Shown here: positions 57,821-64,000 of the stretch, one piece after another
Layout: every line of letters starts with the position of its first letter
Numbering within the stretch: the first letter of the stretch is position 1
Assembly (NCBI GenBank): GCA_049510745.1
Contig: JBEKYR010000015.1
Location: 32,001 to 96,000, forward strand
Length of the DNA stretch: 64,000 nucleotides
Direction of reading: 5' to 3'
Source: Verrucomicrobiota bacterium
GTDB taxonomy: Bacteria > Verrucomicrobiota > Verrucomicrobiia > Limisphaerales > Palsa-1400
Made by a program: the position numbers and the translations under genes
The notes under the pieces: model-generated
Database searches by the model: none
What the model was told of the DNA's origin: nothing
Seen by the model: the letters and a program-made list of their open reading frames with translations, nothing else

Positions 57821-60800
57821 TTACCGCGCCGCTTTGGGCGTCGTCGCGGGCGGCGTCTCCGGCGTTTCCGCCGGGCCTTCCGGCAAAATTGATTTCAGGG
57901 TGTGGAACGGACGCAGAAACAGCATCAGGACCTTCGGAATATAAACCGGTTCGATGGCGGGGTTGAGCACCGATCCGCTGATATGATATTCAAAGACCTT
58001 GCTCAAGGGCGTCAGCACCATCCTCAACAGCGGCCCCAGCACCGGCGTCTCGCGTAACAGGTCCGCTTCCACTCGCGCGTCGATCTGTTTGTCCAGGCCC
58101 GCTTTCCCCCAATAGAGCAGCCGGTACCCGGTCGCGCCCACTTCCAGGTCGTCGCTCGAAACCTCCCCGTTGCCCACCGTAAAAGTCGCGCTCGCTTCCC
58201 GCGCCCGGCTGTTGCCCGCCCCCGGCATTATCACGTTCAGCACGGGCGAGAGAATGCCAAAAAGTCTTATGTCCCAGAGCAGCGCGTCATGCACATAAAC
58301 GTAACCGTGTCCCGCCAGCGCGTGTGGGTCGGCGGCCACGGGCGAATGCAGCGTCAATCGCCCGTCGAGCAGCCCCTCCAGCCGGTTGCTTCGGCCAGTC
58401 CACCCTCTGGCCAGCGCGGAAAGGTCGATGTCCCGCACCGCGCAGTCGGTGCGGAAGCTCGAACCATGCTTGGGCACGTAGTCGAAAGTGATCCAGCCGG
58501 TCAGCGTACCGGTGCGATAAAGGCGGGCCTGGACGTTGGTCACGGCGACGTGGCGGCCCAGCCAGTGGACCTCCCCGGAAATCTTCTCCGCCGTCAGGTT
58601 GGTCCAATGAAACTGTTCGCCCTCGATCATAAACCGCACGTCCGTGGCCAGCGGGTTGTTCCACGCGAAGGATCCGGAAGCCCGCACGCGGGGTGGCGTG
58701 TCGAAGTGAACCCGGTCCAGAAACCCGGGCGTGTTGGTCCCCAGGACGCGGCGCAACAGCCCCGGGTCCAGCGTCGATTCCACATTGGTCAATACTATCT
58801 GTTTGGAGTTCAAATCCGCCGTCACCAGCGGCGCCGTCAGCGCTCCCCCCTCCCGCGCCAGGCGCAGTCCCGCCACCCGCACCCGGTGATTGGTGTACTC
58901 CACGCTCGCGTTGAGCGCCTCGACCGTTTCGCCGCGCACGGCAAAACGGCCCGCCGCCACCGTCCCGGAAAAGCCGAGCGTGTCCCGGTCGCGCCAGCGG
59001 CCCCAGGCCTGGGCGTGGATTTCCGGCGGCGTGGAGAATTTCGCCTCCCCCAGCAGCCGCTGCTGCGCCGGCGTCAGCCAGTCCGCGATGTCCGCCGGGT
59101 CCAGGTTGCTGTCAAATGCAAAATGATACTCGTGCGTCGCCTCGTTCCCCGTGTAATCCATCTCCACCGCCCCGTCCGGCCGCGTGGCCCGCAGCCGCGG
59201 CAGGTTCCAGACCCGGTTGGTGTAAGTGAAATGCGAGCCGGCCGATCGGAACGCCACTCCGCGAAAGGAGGCCGGGCCGACGGAAAAATCCCCGGCCAGC
59301 GCCACGCTGGAACGCAAATCGGCCTGCCAGCCGTCCGGCCGGTTGGTCCAGGGCGGCAGCACCAGGCGCAAGTCGCCTTGGACGCGCGGCGGGTCGCTCC
59401 ACTCGAATTGGGAAATCCAGTGTTGCGCCGCCGGAGTCAGGAGCGGCCAAACTTTGTGCGGATCGAAGTCCAGCGCGGCGTGGAGGCGCGCTTCGCGGGT
59501 GGCCACGTCCAGGTCCGCCTGGCTGTCCAGATGGCCGCGATACAACTTTGCCCGCAGCTTTTTCACCGCCACTTCCGGCGCCTGCCAGCGTCCTTCCACG
59601 GCCGCCTCCTCGATTTGCAGTTTGGGCGCTTTGACATCGGTCGCGGCGGCCTGCCACTCGATGGCGTACGGATGGATTCTCTTCCACTCTCCCCAGGCGG
59701 CGTCCGCCAGGACGGCTGGCGCGGCGCGTCGGGCCTGGCAGGAAAGGTTCAGCGACGACGCCGAACCCCAGGACGAATCGGCCCCGGCCACGCGCAGCGT
59801 TCCGGCCAACGCCGCCGGCGCAAGGTTGGTCGAGGGCACTGTCGCCTCCCCGTCCCACCGCAAGTTCCCGGCGTGAACCCAGTATTTGCTGCCGGCGCCG
59901 GACTCCCACTTGGCCTCGAGGCCGCTGCCGGCAAAGTCGATGGCCGCGTTAAAATTCGTGCCGGCGTCCCTGGTCAAAGTGGCCGAGCAGGAGAGATTGC
60001 TGCCCGCGCCCCAGCGCGTGCTCACGCGCTCCGCTTCAAGGCGGACCTGCGCAAACGGACCGTTGCCGGAAGTCAGCAGGTGGGCGCACGCCGCCCGCAA
60101 TTTGAACCGACTCGTTTCACCCCACGGCGTGCTGGCTTCCGGCGCCGTGAAGGCCAGGTCCGCCCGCAAACTGTTCATGTCCCCGCCATCGGCGCCCACG
60201 ACCAGGTCCAGGCGGGGCGTCCCCTCAAAGTGGATTTGCCGGATGATTTCCGCCGCGCGCCGCAGGTGCGCCTGGTAATCCTCCGGCGGCGTCCGGCCCA
60301 GGCGGAAGGGAAATTTCCAGTGGCGCAAGGCGAGGAAATCGCTCACCTCTCCCCGGACGCGAATTTGGATGCCGCGAAAGGACGCGCGCCCCTCGCGCAA
60401 TTGGGCCACGTTGTTCGACAGCAACGCCACTTCCAGGCGCACGTCGTCGAGCGAGAGCGTGTCCCCGTTGGTCGCCGACAGGGGAAGTTGCAGGCGTCCC
60501 TCCAGCACGGCCAGGGAATCCACCTCCAGGCGCCAGTGGAGCAACGCGTTCAGATTCAACGCCAACTGCGCCATCCCCGCCGAAAGCCGCGGGCCGGAGG
60601 GTTGGTTGGCGGGGCTGAAGGCGACGTTGTCGATCACAACCACCGGTCCCCAGCCCAGGTGCATATTGGAAAACTGGGCCTCGAATCCCTTCTCCCGCAG
60701 ATGCCGCAACAATGGCCGCTTGAGATAATCCGGCAACCCGATCAGATGCAGGTAGGTCACGGCCGCGACGGCCAGAAACAGAGCTAACAAAACCGCCACG

Positions 60801-60862
60801 CGGCTCCAGTGAAACAGGCTCAAAACAATCCGAACCGGCTTGCGTTTAAGGAACGATCCCAT
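57821..60862 (-). CDS. AsmA/YhdP-like large envelope protein
   Basis: N-terminal TM, long beta-rich body, C-terminal SKVFEYHISGSVLNPAIEP. Confidence 0.75.
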   Translation of the reverse strand: MGSFLKRKPVRIVLSLFHWSRVAVLLALFLAVAAVTYLHLIGLPDYLKRPLLRHLREKGFEAQFSNMHLGWGPVVVIDNVAFSPANQPSGPRLSAGMAQLALNLNALLHWRLEVDSLAVLEGRLQLPLSATNGDTLSLDDVRLEVALLSNNVAQLREGRASFRGIQIRVRGEVSDFLALRHWKFPFRLGRTPPEDYQAHLRRAAEIIRQIHFEGTPRLDLVVGADGGDMNSLRADLAFTAPEASTPWGETSRFKLRAACAHLLTSGNGPFAQVRLEAERVSTRWGAGSNLSCSATLTRDAGTNFNAAIDFAGSGLEAKWESGAGSKYWVHAGNLRWDGEATVPSTNLAPAALAGTLRVAGADSSWGSASSLNLSCQARRAAPAVLADAAWGEWKRIHPYAIEWQAAATDVKAPKLQIEEAAVEGRWQAPEVAVKKLRAKLYRGHLDSQADLDVATREARLHAALDFDPHKVWPLLTPAAQHWISQFEWSDPPRVQGDLRLVLPPWTNRPDGWQADLRSSVALAGDFSVGPASFRGVAFRSAGSHFTYTNRVWNLPRLRATRPDGAVEMDYTGNEATHEYHFAFDSNLDPADIADWLTPAQQRLLGEAKFSTPPEIHAQAWGRWRDRDTLGFSGTVAAGRFAVRGETVEALNASVEYTNHRVRVAGLRLAREGGALTAPLVTADLNSKQIVLTNVESTLDPGLLRRVLGTNTPGFLDRVHFDTPPRVRASGSFAWNNPLATDVRFMIEGEQFHWTNLTAEKISGEVHWLGRHVAVTNVQARLYRTGTLTGWITFDYVPKHGSSFRTDCAVRDIDLSALARGWTGRSNRLEGLLDGRLTLHSPVAADPHALAGHGYVYVHDALLWDIRLFGILSPVLNVIMPGAGNSRAREASATFTVGNGEVSSDDLEVGATGYRLLYWGKAGLDKQIDARVEADLLRETPVLGPLLRMVLTPLSKVFEYHISGSVLNPAIEPVYIPKVLMLFLRPFHTLKSILPEGPAETPETPPATTPKAAR

Positions 60863-60868
60863 GACTGG

Positions 60869-62701
60869 TCAATGATGGCGGACCGCCCCCGGAACGGACA
60901 GGTCCGGCACGACGAAATTCTCGTACAAATCCACCGGAAACTCGAAGATCAACCGTTCCCCGTCCCGCACCACCGAGGCGTAAGGATGCGAATAGGGCGA
61001 ACGGGCGCCGAACTCCAGGCGCAAGGTCTCGGTGCGGTCCGGGCGTTGGACGGCAAATTCCAGGCGGTAGTCCGTTTGGGCAAACCCGAAGCGTTCCAGG
61101 TGGTCCTCGCCCACCCCGTCCCAATAGATGGCCCGCAACTCCCCGATCCGATGCACTCCTTCTTCCAGCGACGGCGAGTTGATGTACGGCGGGCCGTGAT
61201 AGCCCGGCGCGAAAGTCCACTCCCCTTGCGGATCGCGCAGAAACTTGCGCGTCCCGCCCATTTGCTGAACCGTGACACTGATGACGTTGCTCGATTGGAA
61301 CGTCCAGATGGAACGATCGCGCAACTGCCAGGAGACGCGGGGCAGGCGGTCGAACTCTTCGCGGCTGATGGTGTTGACGGACGATTCATCCGCCCGGCGC
61401 TCGAAGACCCGGCCATTGTGAACGGCCCCAAAGTCGATCTGCGCGGGCGCCAGCCCGCCGGCCGCCGGGCCGAACTTGACCGTCTCCCGCAGCGCCGGCC
61501 GGCTCAATCCGTAATCGGAAAAATCCGCCACCACGGTCTTTTCGATTTCCGTTGCGATGTTGGTGAAGCCTGCCAGCCAATCTTCCATCAGCAGCGCATC
61601 GGCGGTGAATCTCGTTCCCGCCAGAACCTGCCATTGGCCGTTGCTTTGCTTTTGCGCCGTGAAGTTATCGTCGCCCCGCACCTCGATGGATTCAATCCAG
61701 CTTGGGGGCACGCTGAGGAGGTGCTGGTCCAGAAAATTGGTGTAAGCGCCCTGCCAGCCCCGCAACGGCTCCCGCGCCACCGCCACAATGTTGCCCGAAT
61801 CCCCCCGCCGCGCGTAAGCCAGCTCCAGATGATTGCTCGGACTGGCCCCCACTTGCAGGGCGGCCACCACATTGGTCCCCTGGAGAAACGACAAGTCCAA
61901 TTCGGGCGTCTGCGGCGACGTCTGCAACCCGTATGGCTCCAGGTCCGCCTGCAAATCATCGTTGACAAACGCGCTGACCCGGCACTGCTGGAGCTGGCCC
62001 AGCAACTCGTTAATCCGGGCGCTGTCCGCCCGCGCTGGCAAGGGCAGTTTCATAAGCCAAAAATGATTGGTCGGATCGCGCTCGAATTCGAATTCCTTCC
62101 CGGCCGAACGCACGCGCAACGCTCCGAACGGGAGGTTCGTCAGGTCCAGCAGCGTCAAGTCGCGCCACTGGTTCTTGTCCCGCGGTATGACCCGCAGCAC
62201 GTCCGTCCCCGCCAGGCAGATGCGGATGTCACCCACGACGGAAAGGAAAACCTGGTCGCCCAGGGGCGAGAGGGCGCCGATATCCAGGCGGCGCGTCGGA
62301 CCGGTCCCTTTCAGGACGAGGGAAAACTGCGGCCGGGTGAACCCGAATTGTTCCTGGGCGTCAGGCCGGTCCTGCAATTCAGCCTCGGTAATGCGGTCCT
62401 GCCATTCCAGCTTCGCCAAAACCGCCAGCAACGCTTCGACCCGGTCATCCTGGGCCGGGTAGGAAATCGGCTGGATCAGCCGCCACTGAGAGCTGCCGGA
62501 GCCGGAGCGGCGGGCGGCAATGACGGGCTGGCCCCAAGACTGGATTTCAATGTTGGTGATCGTGCCGGGGTCGAATCCCGGCAGAACGGCGCGGCTGGCC
62601 TGGCGCAGCCGCTCCTGCCGCAACGGACGCTCGACCAGCACGATGAAGGCAAATACAACGGCGGTGGCCGCCAGCAAAACCCATGTGGGTCTCCAATTCA
62701 T
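60869..62701 (-). CDS. DUF4340-domain protein
   Basis: MNWRPTWVLL N-anchor; repeated W.L..P...PA...YGL..P units; next to a GldG-like gene. Confidence 0.8.
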   Translation of the reverse strand: MNWRPTWVLLAATAVVFAFIVLVERPLRQERLRQASRAVLPGFDPGTITNIEIQSWGQPVIAARRSGSGSSQWRLIQPISYPAQDDRVEALLAVLAKLEWQDRITEAELQDRPDAQEQFGFTRPQFSLVLKGTGPTRRLDIGALSPLGDQVFLSVVGDIRICLAGTDVLRVIPRDKNQWRDLTLLDLTNLPFGALRVRSAGKEFEFERDPTNHFWLMKLPLPARADSARINELLGQLQQCRVSAFVNDDLQADLEPYGLQTSPQTPELDLSFLQGTNVVAALQVGASPSNHLELAYARRGDSGNIVAVAREPLRGWQGAYTNFLDQHLLSVPPSWIESIEVRGDDNFTAQKQSNGQWQVLAGTRFTADALLMEDWLAGFTNIATEIEKTVVADFSDYGLSRPALRETVKFGPAAGGLAPAQIDFGAVHNGRVFERRADESSVNTISREEFDRLPRVSWQLRDRSIWTFQSSNVISVTVQQMGGTRKFLRDPQGEWTFAPGYHGPPYINSPSLEEGVHRIGELRAIYWDGVGEDHLERFGFAQTDYRLEFAVQRPDRTETLRLEFGARSPYSHPYASVVRDGERLIFEFPVDLYENFVVPDLSVPGAVRHH

Positions 62702-62709
62702 GCCCCTTT

Positions 62710-64000
62710 TCAGTTCCGGCGCCGCAGCCAGACCAACCCGCCCAGGGCCAGCACCGCTCCCGGCAGGCCGGCCAGAAAGAGCCACTGCACCGTCCGCACC
62801 TGCGCGTGCGTCATATATAATTTGTATTCCTGGATGGGCTGGGGCCCCAGGCCGCTGAACAGCAGTTGCGGACGTTCCAAAAGCCAGTTCAGCGCCAGCC
62901 CCGCGAAGTAATGATTTCCCGCCCACGAATCGATCACCAGGTCGTCCAAAAAATCCGAGTCGCCCGCCACCACGATCCGCGTCCCGCCGCCCCGCGGCGA
63001 GCTGACGCCCTGGATGACCCCCTGCTCGACCGCCGCCAGAAGCGGGAACTCCCCCGTCTGCTTGTTTTCATCCATCCCGGCGGGGCTGGTGCCCGCCAGC
63101 ACGGTGACTTCCGGCGCCCCAGGCATCTTGCCATGGTCCTCCATCTTGAAGACCGGGCGCGGCCACACCATGCGGATGGACATCTTTTCGCTCGCCAGCG
63201 GATTGACGATGGGATGGGGAAACAAGGTGCCGCTGAAAAAACTCAGCCCGTCGATGTTGTACTTCTTGTCCAGGTCCACCACGCGCGAGCGGCCCAGCCG
63301 CACCCCCCACTGGGCCAGCACCGGCTCCAGGCCGCAGTCGGTGGTCAGCAGCGCCAGCAATCGTCCCCCTTGTTTCAGATACGCCGCGATCTTGTCCAGT
63401 TCCTGCGGCAGGAATTTTCCCTCGTGCGGCCCGGCGATGATGAGCAACTGGCAATCGGAGGGCACCTCGTTGGTGCCTTGCAGGGAGAGCAGGTCCCAAT
63501 CGCTGTTGATTTCGTCTTTCAAGATCGCCGCGAATTTCGAGTAGGCGTGCGGACCCAGTTTCGTGTCCTCCCCCTTCGGATCGCCGGGGTTGTTCTCGCC
63601 GTGGCCGAAGAGAAAACAGGCCTTGAGCGCCTGCGGATTGCTCACCGCGTAAATATCCCCGGTGAAATACATCTCGCCCCGAAACGCGCTCCGCCGCACG
63701 TACTTGCTCCGCCCCGCCAGCAGGTCGCTGAAATCATAATCCGCCAGTTGCCGCGCGTACACGATCTTCGAGTGGCCGTTGCTCTCGAACAGGACAAAAT
63801 CCTTCTCCGCCAGCCCGCTCAGGCTGTGCTTGGAGAGCAACTCCTTGGCCTCCCCCACATACCGGGTGTAGTCGAGCGTTTTGACGCGGATGTGGCGCGG
63901 ATTGGCGTGTTGGTATTCCCCCAGCAACGCCGCCGTCAGCGAATAGATTTCCGGGTTGTCGCCGTTGGGCTGGAAAAAGATCGTCACCGAGATGTCGTTC
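62710..64000 (-). CDS. GldG-like ABC transporter auxiliary protein (5' end off window)
   Basis: FLFGHGE, LIIAGP, YLKQGGRLL, RIVVAGDSDF; C-terminal TM ending LVWLRRRN. Confidence 0.85.
   Translation of the reverse strand, partial: NDISVTIFFQPNGDNPEIYSLTAALLGEYQHANPRHIRVKTLDYTRYVGEAKELLSKHSLSGLAEKDFVLFESNGHSKIVYARQLADYDFSDLLAGRSKYVRRSAFRGEMYFTGDIYAVSNPQALKACFLFGHGENNPGDPKGEDTKLGPHAYSKFAAILKDEINSDWDLLSLQGTNEVPSDCQLLIIAGPHEGKFLPQELDKIAAYLKQGGRLLALLTTDCGLEPVLAQWGVRLGRSRVVDLDKKYNIDGLSFFSGTLFPHPIVNPLASEKMSIRMVWPRPVFKMEDHGKMPGAPEVTVLAGTSPAGMDENKQTGEFPLLAAVEQGVIQGVSSPRGGGTRIVVAGDSDFLDDLVIDSWAGNHYFAGLALNWLLERPQLLFSGLGPQPIQEYKLYMTHAQVRTVQWLFLAGLPGAVLALGGLVWLRRRN

Overview
GC-rich bacterial DNA, most likely Verrucomicrobiota of the Pedosphaera/Limisphaera type (inferred from gene content only). 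Left to right: (1) the right end of an integrative element, with a tyrosine integrase N-terminus, arm-like repeats and a tRNA-Gly 3' fragment split by a 34-bp insert; (2) a decayed transposase/ExeA-ATPase remnant abutting a CBM48-like gene; (3) a Ser/Thr kinase-TPR gene, three tandem secreted BspA-type LRR genes and a TIGR02999-type ECF sigma factor, with an identically spaced 31-bp motif before the kinase and the first LRR gene; (4) housekeeping genes (mog, moaC, panB, rfaE, thiG) and an orphan 2TM + wHTH pair; (5) a 21-gene flagellar-type cluster (flgB to flhF) behind a sigma54-like promoter. It keeps the export apparatus but lacks fliG, motAB, flhG and fliA at their usual positions, FliM lacks the CheY-binding peptide, the hook protein is short and FlhF is degenerate; (6) a nuoB-N operon without nuoA, interrupted by a retropepsin-like protease, an R-M pair and an antisense tRNA-Gln; (7) a haem protein and lolCD; (8) a sigma54-type minor-pilin cluster ending in a membrane-anchored DUF4357/RAMA-like protein; (9) AsmA-like, DUF4340 and GldG-like genes. 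Best candidates for undescribed systems are the motor-less flagellar-type apparatus and the kinase-ECF-LRR module. All assignments come from motif recognition by eye; no searches were run.
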